This document shows positions 1-12,034 of a stretch of 64,000 nt of DNA, one piece after another. The notes below the pieces were generated by a model. The model saw only the letters and a program-made list of their open reading frames with translations, had not been told where the DNA came from and did no database searches. The position numbers and the translations under genes were made by a program. How positions within the stretch are numbered: the first letter of the stretch is position 1; each line of letters begins with the position of its first letter. The stretch lies in contig NIVC01000501.1 in assembly GCA_002269645.1 (NCBI GenBank), positions 1 through 64,000 on the forward strand, read 5' to 3'. This stretch comes from Macrostomum lignano (Eukaryota).

Positions 1-3000
1 CGGCGTATCAAGCCGACGAGATGAGAGCGGCAAGGGAGCGAGCCAGAAATCTGCTGTCGGATTTGGACGAATCCGCTCGAAGGACAGCCTATGCCGAGCC
101 AATCTCCAGGGACTGGATGCAGGAGGCTGAGGGATGGCGGCGACAGTTGGAGAATCAGGTTGGTGCTGGGATGCCAATGAGGACTTATTGTACGATTATT
201 GAACTCCCGTATTGAGATCCCGTATGATCATCTCATAGATTGAGATCCCATCTGTCATAGATTGAGATCCCATCTGTCATAGATTGAGATCCCATCTGTC
301 ATAGATTGAGATCCCATCTGTCATACATTGAGATCCATCTGTCATACATTGAGATCCCATCTGTCATAGATTGAGATCCCATCTGTCATAGATTGAGATC
401 CCGTCCGGCAAAGATTGAGATCCCATCCGGCACAGATTAAGATCCCATCCGGCAAAGATTGAGATCACATCCGGCACAGATTGAGATCCTATCCGGCACA
501 GATTGAGATCCCATCCGGCACAGATTGAGATCCCATCTGTCACAGATTGAGATCCTATCTGTCATAGATTGAGATCCCATCTGTCATAGATTTTGAGATC
601 CCATCTGTCACAAATTGAGATCCCATCCGGCACAGATTGAGATCCCATCTGTAAAGTCTCAAGGCCGCGTGTTAAGCTGAGCGAGAAAATCAAGCATGGG
701 GCCCTAACTGGCCAGGTTAGCGATATATATATTTGAGGTTTTACGCGTACGGCGTACATGACTCATGCGACACAAGATGTACATTTATAATATAACTCAC
801 TCGCCTATTTAGAACAAATTGATAATAATATTGCGAGGCAATTACACTTCTCCCCAAAAAACGAAAAAGCTCAAAAATGCGGATTAAAAGGATAAGGAAA
901 AAGGAATAAAACATTAAGGGTAAAAAACACTTGTCTCAGCCCTTAGCACCAGTTACCCGTCAAAACCCGTCAAACTCTGTAGCTGATAGGCTTGTCCTTG
1001 GCCGCTCTCGGGTGCGGCCTCTCAGCAATGCCGCGCTCCGGCGAGGCGGCGCCGGCGTCCGCTTCTGGTGGTGGGTCCTCGGTCGCTGTCAGAGGCCGGA
1101 TGTGCGTCAGGTGGCGAGTGCATGTCCGGTCGCAGGACGTAGGAATCGCCTCGCCTGTCGGTGACGGTCCAGGGTTCGAGCTCGAAAGGCGTTTGAATTT
1201 TCGTGCGTCTCGTCCGCTTGCGAAGAACCGCCGAACCCGGCTTGACATTGGCTGCCTTGGCCCTCCTGGAGCGGTTGAAACCTGCTGCCATCTGGTTGTT
1301 GTAGGCCTCGTGGCGCTTTGCGAGTTCGGCGCGGTCGTGCTGCACAGGCTGCGATGGTTGGATTGACGGAGGCCGTCGTTGAGAGCTCGGCCATGAGCAG
1401 TTCGGCTGGTGCCACGCCGGTTGCCGAGTGCGGAGTGACGCGATGAGCGAGCAGCCAGTCGTCGAGTGCGGTGCGCCAGTTGCGTCCTTCTGCGATGGCC
1501 GCTCTGATGACCTTGTTGATGCACCTGTTGACTCGCTCGGTCGCTCCGTTCGCCTCGGGGTGCAGCGGACAGATCCGGCGATGCTTGATGCCGAACTCTG
1601 AGAGGAAGTTTGTGAATTCTGCCGAGTTAAACGGAGGTCCATTGTCGCTGACGATTTCCAACGGGATGCCGTATCTGCTAAACAGAGTCCGGAGATGCGG
1701 AAGCACTGCCTCTGCTGATGTTGAGCTGACTATGTCGACCTCGGGAAATTTTGAAAACAGATCGGTTGTCACCAGGAGCATTTTCCCTTGGACTGGGCCG
1801 TAAAAGTCCATTCCAAGAACCAGCCATGCTCCGTCCGGAAGTTGCGACGGTGAGAGTGGTGGCGGTGCGAGGCTCTTCGGCGATGTCGCTTGGCAGGGAA
1901 GGCAAGACTGGACGAACGCCTGGCAGTCGCTTCTCATCGCTGGCCACCAGACTTTGGTTTGCAGTCTGTCCATAGTTTTTCGGCAGCATTGGTGGCCTGC
2001 ATGTGCCAGCTGGAGCACCGTCCGACGTAAGCTGCTCGGGATCACGATCAACGAGCTCCGTAGTAGCACGCCGTCATGTTCTGAAAGCTCCTGCTGCAGG
2101 CAGGACAAGGCTCGCAGTTCTCTGTTCTGCTTGTCCCATTGGCCAGTTCGTAGAGCTGATAGAGCTGCTTGGATCGTGCCGTCTGACTTTGAAGCCTCCT
2201 GAATTGTTGCAAAGTTCAGTCCTTTCGGAGTAGAGCCGATGGCGACTGCGTTGATGAAGCGTCTGTCCAGGAGTTCCCCGGGGTTGTCCTTTGTCTGCAT
2301 TTCAGGTTGTCTACTGAGGACATCCGCTGGATTCTGTGGCCCCGGCTGATAGATGAGCTTGAATTTGAGGTGCTGCACTCTTAAAGCCATCCGTTCAATC
2401 CTTGGTGGAGGCCTGGAACCAGGTTGAAAAAGCGGGACTAATGGGCGGTGATCCGTGATGACTGTGAGATCTGGGCAGCCGCTGAGGTAGTGCTCGAAAC
2501 GTAGGCACCCGAATTTCACCGCAAGCGCCTCGCGTTCAATTTGGGCGTATCGCTGCTCAACTGGCGTGAGCGACCTGCTGGCGAAGGCGACCGGTTTGCG
2601 AACGCCTTTCTCATCCACCTGGCTGAGAATGGCACCCAGGCCGACTGGTGAGGCGTCCACATGAACTTCTGTTGGGAGATTCACGTCAAAGAAGGCCAGG
2701 ACGCTCTCCTTGCAGATCGCTGCTCTTGTTTGCAGGAATGCTTCTTGTTGCCTTTCTGACCAGCACCATTTATGACCTTTTTTTAACAGTTCTCGCATTG
2801 GCTGCGTCAGATCTGAGAAGTTCGGAACGAACCTGGACAGGTAGGTGGCCAAACCGAGGAATGAGCGCAGCTCTGACACATTTGTTGGCTCCTTAAAGTC
2901 TTTGACGGCCTTGATCTTCTCGGCTGCAGGCTGAACGCCTCGTGCGCTGATGCGCATACCAAGAAAATCGATGAAAGGCTGTGCCAGGCGACACTTGTTC

Positions 3001-6000
3001 GGGTTGAGTGTGATTCCATGGTCTTGTAGGCGCTTGAAGCACTGTTTTAGTCGGATGTTGTGCTCTTCCATCGTGCTCGCAAAGACGGTGATGTCATCGT
3101 GTGCCCATCGGACACCGTCAAGGCCGCTCAGGACGCCTGTCATAACCCTTTGCAATATCTCGGATGCGTTGGTGAATCCCATGCTGAGTCTGGTCAGTCG
3201 CATGAGACCCAGTGGGGTGCTGAAGGTGAAGACGTGACGGGATTTCGGTTTGACAAGAATTTGGTGGAAAGCCTTTACGATGTCGAGCTCGCTGAATACC
3301 GTGGAACCCGCCATTTCGTCCGTGATCTCTTCAAAGGTTGGGATGGGCTGCTTTTCTGGCACGGCAAATGAGTTGACGTCGCGCAGGTCTTGGCAGATGC
3401 GGATGCCACCGCCTTCTTTCGGGACGACAACCATGCGGGAGACCCACGGTGACGGGCCGTTGACGCGCTCGATGATTCTTTGGTCGAGGAGAGCCTGAAG
3501 TTCCGCGATGACCGCCGACCGCTGGTGGACGGGAACTCTGGAGGGTGGGTGACAGACTGGGACAGCTTCTGGTCGAAGACGAACGTCGACCTCGACGCCC
3601 TTAACGCAGCCAAGGCCTTCGAAGATTGACTGAAACTCACCAAGGATGCTGCTGATGCGGAGTTCGGTTGGAAGATCTTGGTCGACATCTCTGTACTTGG
3701 AGAACAGCTCTTGAATACCTGATGCGGCTAGATTTTCCGTGGGCTGCACCGAGTTGACTTCAACTGTTGGATGTTGGATGTGCAGAATTCCCATGTTGAA
3801 AGCGGTTTCTCGACCGAGTAGTGTGGTTCCACAGCCTTTGGTGATGTAGAATGAAGCTAGTTGTCTGCTAGCTGCGGTGCTCACGTTGAGGTCAGCGACA
3901 CCCAGGACTTGGAGAGGCGTTGTGGACCCGTAGCTGAAAATTGGATGGATGGCGCTGCGCAGTCGAACATTTCTTAGCCGCCGGAAGTTCTCCTCGCTCA
4001 TGACGTTGCAACTGGCTCCACTACCCACGAGTACGATGAAGTCCTTGCCCTCGATCCTCAGATTAGTGTTGGCGGAGTTGCGTCTAGGTGCCGTTTTTTG
4101 CGACTGGATAGTGAAGGCCTCCTCATTTAGCGAATCGTGATCGATGAAGACCTCCTCAGCTTCTTTGTCCGCTACGGCGTTGATGCTGGAGCTTGTTTGA
4201 GGCCTGCGTTGTCTGCATGCTTTGGCGAGATGGTTTGGCTTGCCGCATGCCAGGCAGGTTTTGCCTTTTGCCGCGTTGCATGAGCTGTGCCCGCGTTCGC
4301 CGCATCGATAGCAGCTGGTTGGGCCGCTGTTTGCTTGGCCGCCAGGGACCCGCTGACTGTTCGGGCGCGTTCCGCTGTCTCTGAACTGCTTCGGTGCCGC
4401 TCTGTGCACTGCTGCGATGCTACTGGAGTTCTCAATGGCCGTGGCCTGCTCTTCTGCTGCTTCAAACGCGCGCGCTTGTCTCAACGCATCGCCGAGAGAG
4501 ATGTTGGACTCCTGCAGCAATCTTCGCCGAAGTTTATCGGAGCAGCATGTCGCCACTATCTGATCTCTGATTAGGGAGTCCTTGAGTGCTGAGAACTCGC
4601 ATGTCTCGGCCGCTGAGTTGAGTCGGGAGTACCAGGAGTCCACTGGCTCTCCGGTTTGCTGAACGCATAGACGAAACTGATAGCGGCCAAATACGATGTT
4701 GTTGCGCTCCTTGAAGTGCTCTTTTATTGCTGCGAGCAGAGTTTCGAGGCTGTCTTTCTTGTCATCTGGCAGGTCTTTAATGATTTCCGCGATTTCTCTG
4801 CCGGCCGTGTAGGCCAGGAGCTTGCACTTCTGAGTTTCGTCTTTGATGCCTGACGCTTCGATAAAGTCACAAAAATGATCGGACCATTTGTTCCAGCGTT
4901 TACCGGCATTCTGTTGATCTGCACTAGTGCTGAATTGCTCAGGGGGTGGCAGTGAGATGAATTGAGCCATGAGTGACTGGACAAAGTGGGCTTGCTTGCG
5001 ACGCCACTGTAAAGTCTCAAGGCCGCGTGTTAAGCTGAGCGAGAAAATCAAGCATGGGGCCCTAACTGGCCAGGTTAGCGATATATATACAGTATTTGAG
5101 GTTTTACGCGTACGGCGTACATGACTCATGCGACACAAGATGTACATTTATAATATAACTCACTCGCCTATTTAGAACAAATTGATAATAATATTGCGAG
5201 GCAATTACACCATCCGGCACAGATTGAGATCACATCCGGCACAGATTGAGATCCCATCCGGCACAGATTGAGATCCCATCCGGCACAGATTGAGATCCCA
5301 TTCGGCAAAGATTGAGATCCCATCTGTCACAGATTGAGATCCCATCCGGCACAGATTGAGATCGTATCTGTCATAGATTGAGATCCCATCCGGCAAAGAT
5401 TGAGATCCCATCTGTCACAGATTGAGATCCCATCCGGCACAGATTGAGATCCTATCTGTCATAGATTGAGATCCCATCCGGCAAAGATTGAGATCCATCT
5501 GTCACAGATTGAGATCCCATCCGGCACAGATTGAGATCCTATCTGTCATAGATTGAGATCCCATCTGTCACAGATTGAGATCCCATCCGGCACAGATTGA
5601 GATCCTATCTGTCACAGATTGAGATCCCATCCGGCACAGATTGAGATCCCATCTGTCACAGATTGAGATCCCATCCGGCAAAGATTGAGATCCCATCTCT
5701 AGCATTAGAATCCCCTCAGATGTACTATTCACTGCTTCCAGGCCATTGGAGTTGACAATTTGCCCGAACTTCGTCGAGCTCTTCGCCGCTGCTTCGACTC
5801 GGTCGGCAGTCCGTGGACAGCGGCTTGGTGTCTGGCTGACTCCGGGTGTAGAGTGCCGAATTCGGGCAGGAAGAAGAAATCGCAGCAGAAGCAGCAATTT
5901 GGCCAGCCGGGCAGCTTTGAGCTGGTCTGCGTCAGCGAGCTAATTGACTGGCAGCGGGAGCGGAGGCAAAGCGGCCGGGCTCTGCCAGTTTGGCTCAAGC

Positions 6001-7322
6001 AATTGGCCTTCTGCCTTGGCTACAGAGGTGGCCTGCAGTTCTTCTGTCTGGTTGGCGATGCGTTTCAGCTCACTGAGAGGCCCGTTGCGCAATCGTTTCT
6101 GGTTGTTATCCGGCGTCTCATTGAATTGCACCTGTACAAGGAGGCTGCCCAGGTGAGCTGCTACAGGGTTGGAGGGCGTTGGAGCCGGTCAGTATTTAAG
6201 TTTTTGTCCCTGCTTTTTTCTTCCCTGTCTCCCTTCTCTCCCTTCTCCCTGTCTCCCTTCTCTCCCTTCTCCCTGTCTCCCTTCTCTCCCTTCTCCCTGT
6301 CTCCCTTCTCTCCCTTCTCCCTGTCTCCCTTCTCTCCCTTCTCCCCTGTCTCCCTTCTCTCCCTTCTCCCTGTCTCCCTTCTCTCCCTTCTCCCTGCCTC
6401 CCTTCTCTCCCTTCTCCCTGCCTCCCTTCTCTCCCTTCTCCCTGCCTCCCTTCTCTCCCTTCTCCCTGTCTCCCTTCTCTCCCTTCTCCCTGCCTCCCTT
6501 CTCTCCCTTCTCCCTGTCTCCCTTCTCTCCCTTCTCCCTGCCTCCCTTCTCTCCCTTCTCCCTGTCTCCCTTCTCTCCCTTCTCCCTGTCTCCCTTCTCT
6601 ACTTTCTCCACTTTCTCCCCCTTCTTCCCTTCTCTCGCTCTCCCACTTCTCCCCCATCTCTCCTTTCTCCCCTTCTCCCCCCTCTCTCTTCTCCTCCCTC
6701 TTCTTCTCTTCTCCTTTCTCTCGCTTCTCCCCCTTTTGTTTTCCTTGTCCGTTTTCTATCCTTTTTTCTCCCTTATTTAACGCACATTCATGCATTTTCC
6801 GTGATAAATCATACCGCTATTCTCTAGGACCTTGATCGGTCACTTGACTTTATAATTTCGTGCAGCTAAACACTGATAGTAAGCTGGTAACCAACAAGTC
6901 AACTGGCCTCACCGCCTCGCCCACCTCAGGCTGCCACTGCCCTGTACATTCAAGAGCTGCTATCGCCCGACGAACTTGTGCTGCCTCTGATTGGCCAGGA
7001 CAAAGTTGGCGTTGCCGAGGAATTCCTGGACTCGAATCCGGACGCTCAGTTAGCTACTCTGCGTTACCTTGACGACGCTTTAGAGAATGGCAAGAGTTTA
7101 GTTTTAGAACTGAACGATCGCCGGCTGCCTGACCTGCGCCCGGAGAAACTGCTGCCGCAGCAGCTGCGCAAACTGCTGGACAGGCTGACCAAGAAGTTCG
7201 GGGTGGACCCGGCCGATGTCTGTCCGGCTAGGGCTAAGAGACTGACCGCTGATAAGGTCCGCTTCCTGCTGCGAGAGTGAGTTGCTGCTGCGTGTCTTAT
7301 TATCTGTCCTGTCCTGTCTGTC

Positions 7323-7417
<95 letters not shown>

Positions 7418-7420
7418 TAG

Positions 7421-7453
<33 letters not shown>

Positions 7454-7484
7454 TGGTGTCTGTCTGTCTGTCTGTCTGTCTTAG

Positions 7485-7557
<73 letters not shown>

Positions 7558-7580
7558 TAGTGTCTGTCTGTCTGTCTTAG

Positions 7581-7629
<49 letters not shown>

Positions 7630-7716
7630 TAGTGTCTGTCTGTCTGTCTGTCTGTCTTGGTGTCTGTCTGTCTGTCTGTCTGTCTTAGTGTCTGTCTGTC
7701 TGTCTGTCTGTCTTAG

Positions 7717-7773
<57 letters not shown>

Positions 7774-7844
7774 TAGTGTCTGTCTGTCTGTCTGTCTGTT
7801 AGTCTGTCTGTCTTAGTTTCTGTCTTTTAGTCTGTCTGTCTTAG

Positions 7845-7877
<33 letters not shown>

Positions 7878-10800
7878 TAGTGTCTGTTCCACCATCACTC
7901 GCAGGCGCCTCATCAATCGCTGCCTGAGTCGGGCGGCCCTATCCGAGCAGCTCGATCAGCTGATCGATCCGATTCTGGACGACCCGGAATTGCAACGCGA
8001 AATCGTGACCAGCCTGATGCAGCACGGCAAGCTGGACGAGGCGTTGAACTACTCCCTGCAAGAGTTCTGCTGGACTATGGAGGACCTGCCTCACCGGCTG
8101 CAGGATCGCTACGAGGCCTGGCGGCAGCTGCCCGGCAACTGGGCGGAAGCCGATAGCGAAGATGACCAATCAGCGGGCTTTCCCGGAGGATTCGCCAGTG
8201 CCAGTGCTTCAGCCGAGTCGCCAACACTGACTCTACCGTTGGAATTGGAGTCGGATGGTGTTGTCTGGGTTGATTCGGCTGAGGAATTTCAACTGGCTGT
8301 TGGCCACATTCAGGTTGGTGTTCGCGAGCTGTATAGGCCAACCCTGGCGACATCATGCCACAGCCAACGCGGTGCTCAGGCACGCACTCATACACTCGCT
8401 CAAACAGGGTGTACAGCGGCCCCTTTGACTTTCTAATAGTCAGGCATGTACAGTCTCTGTGCCTTGGGGGTTGGGCCTCATGGCTGACCCCGAATTAATC
8501 ACACGGAATCGAACCAGGGGTCGTGCAGCGCGAGATTCAGACGCGTTTAACGCTATTTATTTATCTGCGTCAATAGTTCTTATGAAGTCTTCTTGTTGCA
8601 ATAAGTTACACAGGTTCATTGTCAGGTCAGCTCGGGTCACGCAGGTTCCTTGTCAGGTCAGCTCGGGTCACGCAGGTTCCTTGTCAGGTCAGCTCGGGTC
8701 ACGCAGGTTCCTTGTCAGGTCAGCTCGGGTCACGCAGGTTCCTTGTCAGGTCAGCTCGGGTCACGCAGGTTCCTTGTCAGGTCAGCTCGGGTCACGCAGG
8801 TTCCTTGTCAGGTCAGCTCGGGTCACGCAGAGTCAGGTCAGCTCAGGTCACGCGGAGTCAGCAGTCAGGTCAGCTCGGGTCACGCAGAGTCAGGTCAGCT
8901 CGGGTCAGCTCAGGTCACGCGGAGTCAGCAGTCGGGTCAGCTCGGGTCACGCAGAGTCAGGTCAGCTCGGGTCAGCTCAGGTCACGCGGAGTCAGCAGTC
9001 GGGTCAGCTCGGGTCACGCAGAGTCAGGTCAGCTCGGGTCAGCTCAGGTCACGCGGAGTCAGGTCACGCGGAGTCAGCAGTCGGGTCAGCTCGGGTCACG
9101 CAGAGTCAGGTCAGCTCGGGTCACGCAGAGTCGATCTTTGTCAATAATAGTAGCTCAAAAATCCTGCGTTGTCATGGAAACCAGCAGCTGGCTGTGCTGG
9201 GGCCTGCGCCTGCGGCAGCTCAGACGCCGTCGTCACTATCTTGACTACCTCATCATCATCGTCGTTAACCGAGTCTTCAGCCTCACTGGATGGCGCAGAG
9301 CCAGAATTATCATCGGCCTGGCGTCCTTGCTGCTCACCACTGTTCGTTTGGCAACAGCAGCAGTAGCAGCAACCGCAACCGATGGCTAAGCAGTTGGCCA
9401 CACAGGTGCAGACCAATACACCCAATAGTGCGATTAAAAACATGGCCATTGCCAATGGCAAACTGCCTGCATCGGTCGTGTGATTAATGCTGCCATGGTG
9501 ACTACCAGCCGAGTTAATAGGCGGCTGCGACTGCCCTGTTGGGTTTGGATAGGTTTTGTCGCACGATAGCCAGGACTGAGTACCGCCCATGGCAACTAAG
9601 TCAAACTTGCTTTCTCTGTGTGTCGTGTGTGCCTGCTCTGGCCTTCTCGCAGGTCCCGTTAGGCGCTTGTATATAAATATGCGTTTTTGCTATCGGGTTT
9701 TTAACGCATCGTTGACCCCGCGTCTACAGTAGTATTGTGTTTGTTGATCAAATCGATTAGATTTTTATCAGTGAATAAAGCACGGTTAGGAAATGTTTTT
9801 TCTAACATTGAAGTTTCTATAATTTTTCCCTTTTCTGGTCTTTTGCGGGATCTTGATTGGGGGATTTGCAGGCTGCACTCTATATAACAGGTTACACTAT
9901 TTAACAGGCTGAACTCTATCTAACAGGTTACAAACTATCTAACAGGCTGCACTCTATCTATCAGGTTACAAACTATCTAACAGGCTGCACTCTATCTAAC
10001 AGGATGCGCACTATCTAACAGGTTACACCCTATCTAACAGGTTACACCCTATCTAACAGGTTACACCCTATCTAACAGGTTACACCCTATCTAACAGGTT
10101 ACACCCTATCTAACAGGTTACACCCTATCTAACAGGTTACACCCTATCTAACAGGTTACACCCTATCTAACAGGTTACACCCTATCTAACAGGTTACACC
10201 CTATCTAACAGGTTACACCCTATCTAACAGGTTACACCCTATCTAACAGGTTACACTATCTAACAGGCTGCACTCTATCTAACAGGATGTGCACTATCTA
10301 ACAGGTTACATCCTATCTACCAGGCTGTACTCTATCTACCAGGCTGCACTCTATCTAACAGGTTACACTATCTAACAGGTTACACCCTATCTAACAGGTT
10401 ACACCCTATCTACCAGGCTGCACTCTATCTACCAGGCTGCACTCTATCTACCAGGCTGCACTCTATCTACCAGGCTGCACTCTATCTAACAGGTTGCAAG
10501 CTAAGAGGCTGATATTGATCATACGTGAAGCCATGCAGTACACCATTGATAGTCACTGCACGCTAATCAGTAAGAATATATCTACTCCATCATTTCTATT
10601 CCCATTCAACAGGCAGCCAGTCGTCTCGGCATTGACGCTGAATGGTCATCGAATTCAAACAGCTGCCCAGCCTCATCATCGGCTTTAATCCAGCTATTAC
10701 AGATTGCAATTGAGGAGCCCAACTGTCGAGTTTACCTATTCGACTTGCCCAGCCTGTTGCAGGTGAAGCAACAGGACTGGCTCAGTCTGACTGGCGTCCT

Positions 10801-11914
10801 GGCCGATCCCGCGGTGCCCAAGCTGGGCATCGGCATTGGCGAAGATCTTCGCCGATTAAGTCAAGTTCTGTCTGCGGCTGGCTCTCCGCTGCCTTCTGCT
10901 GTTCAGTTCAACGGCCTGGTTGATCTGGACGGATTAGCAAAGAGATTAGTAGCCGAGCATCCGGAGCTGCTGCATCGGCTGAACCGGTCCGCTACAGACG
11001 AGTGTGGCGGCGAGCGCGGCCTGAGCGAACTGTGCCAGCGAGTGCTAGGCAGGCGTTTGGACAAATCTGAACGGCTGAGCGACTGGTCCCGGCGACCCTT
11101 GCGCCGCAGTCAGATTGTTTACGCCGCTCTGGACGCCCTGTGCCCGCTGTTGGTGCGCCAGGCGCTTCTATTGGCCGCTACTAGCGATGAGAGCCGCCTA
11201 ATTGTCGAATCAATGTTTCTTCCAGCAATGGCAGAGTCGGATTTGAAGACAGCGAGCACTAATAATGGCTCTGTTTTAGTGGGAGTTGATCCCGCACTTC
11301 GCGGTCTAGACTCGCGCCTGCGGGACCAGTTCGGCATCGAAGTGATCTGCACGCCGAGTTCACTGTCAAACATGTCCAAGGCTCGCGAGTCCACCGTTAG
11401 CCAATTAATATCTTCTAGGAGTAGCAGCAGCAGCAGAAACTGTCGCCGAATATTCCTAGCAGCTGGCGGCTATTGCGAAACTGTGCAGCCCAGGCTGGCC
11501 AATGCCAGCATCGAATGCTATCGAATTGATTCCAGGAAAACCGCCGCCCAGCAGTTGGACCAAGCCATCGACTTGCTTAGCACTGATAGCAGCAACAGCA
11601 CTGGCAACAGAAGCAACAGCTGTTGCGAAGAGTGCGGCTGCACTCGCACGTCAACCCTTCCCGGTCGAGCTATTCGCCTAGCTGTCAACAATGCCAACGC
11701 TCGGCGCCAACAACAATTGGATGCTGCTGTGAAGGATTGGGAGTTGAAGGATTGGCTAGCAGATGGGGTTGATGTTGAGCGGGGCACCCTGGCTTTGACT
11801 AATCAGCGATTGTGGCTGGCTAATGGCGTCGCCTGTGATTTGGATGCCTCGCAGCCGGAGTCTGCCTTCAATGTGTGCGTCAATTGCGGTCGGGTGACAA
11901 TCTACTGTCAGTAG
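1..11914 (+). CDS. EXD3: 3'-5' exonuclease mut-7/Nibbler homolog (DEDDy), 5'-partial
   Basis: Phase-compatible GT-AG exons: <1-158, 5742-6152, 6930-7276, 7905-8313, 10613-11914. Exo motifs: GIDAEW (I), GIGEDLRRL (II), QIVYAALDA (III). N-terminal LYKEAAQ...[17 protein letters not shown] resembles EXD3. C-terminal Mut7-C-like region with CEECG and CVNCG. AATAAA at 11968. Exon <1-158 is linked by phase only. Confidence 0.88.
231..649. repeat. 22-bp minisatellite, left of the LTR element
   Basis: Tandem GATTGAGATCCCATC(TGTCATA/CGGCACA) units, period 22. Confidence 0.95.
650..846 (-). repeat. 3' LTR (197 bp)
   Basis: Identical to 5008-5209 except that it lacks 5 bp (CAGTA). Confidence 0.97.
847..855 (-). 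other. Polypurine tract
   Basis: Minus strand GGGGAGAAG directly abuts the 3' LTR start TGTAAT. Confidence 0.8.
970..4970 (-). pseudogene. gag-pol polyprotein with damaged protease and frameshifted integrase C-terminus
   Basis: ORF from ATG 4970 (MAQFISL) to 1107. Knuckles [12 protein letters not shown] and [14 protein letters not shown]. Protease VGSGAS (Asp absent). RT WAHDDI. RNase [11 protein letters not shown] and TDHRPL. Integrase [22 protein letters not shown]. The natural tail ([16 protein letters not shown]...[10 protein letters not shown]...ISYRV*) is split over three frames and ends at 970. Confidence 0.9.
4991..5006 (-). other. Primer binding site (tRNA not identified)
   Basis: Minus strand TGGCGTCGCAAGCAAG begins 1 nt after the 5' LTR. 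TGG is complementary to the tRNA CCA end. Confidence 0.7.
5008..5209 (-). repeat. 5' LTR (202 bp)
   Basis: TG...CA ends, matches 650-846. Confidence 0.97.
5210..5698. repeat. 22-bp minisatellite, right of the LTR element
   Basis: Same unit as 231-649, resuming after the TSD. Confidence 0.95.
6220..6720. repeat. 24-bp pyrimidine-rich intronic minisatellite
   Basis: TCCCTG(T/C)CTCCCTTCTCTCCCTTC tandem units decaying into CT low complexity. Confidence 0.9.
7300..7886. repeat. (TCTG)n microsatellite
   Basis: Direct tetranucleotide run with TTAGTG interruptions. Confidence 0.95.
8620..9130. repeat. 31-bp minisatellite grading into a modular 10-mer repeat
   Basis: GTCAGGTCAGCTCGGGTCACGCAGGTTCCTT, period 31, followed by shuffled submodules. 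Confidence 0.9.
9141..9590 (-). CDS. Putative 149-aa single-pass membrane protein with a Cys-rich juxtamembrane segment, nested antisense in an EXD3 intron
   Basis: Non-repetitive GC-rich ORF with hydrophobic [28 protein letters not shown], then CGCCYCCCC and an acidic tail. Minus-strand AATAAA at 8556-8561. No homolog recognised. Confidence 0.45.
   Translation of the reverse strand: MGGTQSWLSCDKTYPNPTGQSQPPINSAGSHHGSINHTTDAGSLPLAMAMFLIALLGVLVCTCVANCLAIGCGCCYCCCCQTNSGEQQGRQADDNSGSAPSSEAEDSVNDDDDEVVKIVTTASELPQAQAPAQPAAGFHDNAGFLSYYY
9880..10492. repeat. 19-bp minisatellite
   Basis: CTATCTAACAGGTTACACC tandem units. Confidence 0.93.
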
Positions 11915-12034
11915 TATAGTGATTGATTCGCTTAGTGGTGCAGTAGTCTCGCTTTTCAAGTATTTTCAATAAAAAGTTTGTGTTGTCACATTGTTCAAGA
12001 TTCGTGTGGTATTTTTTTAATTGCCCCAGAGGCT

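Larger units (their letters stand above)
650..5209 (-). mobile_element. Full-length Ty3/Gypsy LTR retrotransposon (Mag-like, two zinc knuckles)
   Basis: Direct LTRs 650-846 and 5008-5209 with TG...CA ends. 5-bp TSD CCATC at 645-649 and 5210-5214. Internal gag-PR-RT-RH-IN order, PBS and PPT present. Confidence 0.97.

Noticed and set aside
931-4574. Many short plus-strand and alternate-frame ORFs over the Gypsy element
   Set aside because: These are shadows of a GC-rich coding region with no recognisable motifs. The exceptions are the minus-strand pieces that form the integrase tail.
4971-5147. First 59 residues of the 1346-aa ORF
   Set aside because: They run through the LTR and PBS, and the same peptide recurs at the other LTR (562-759). 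The gag start is more plausibly ATG 4970.
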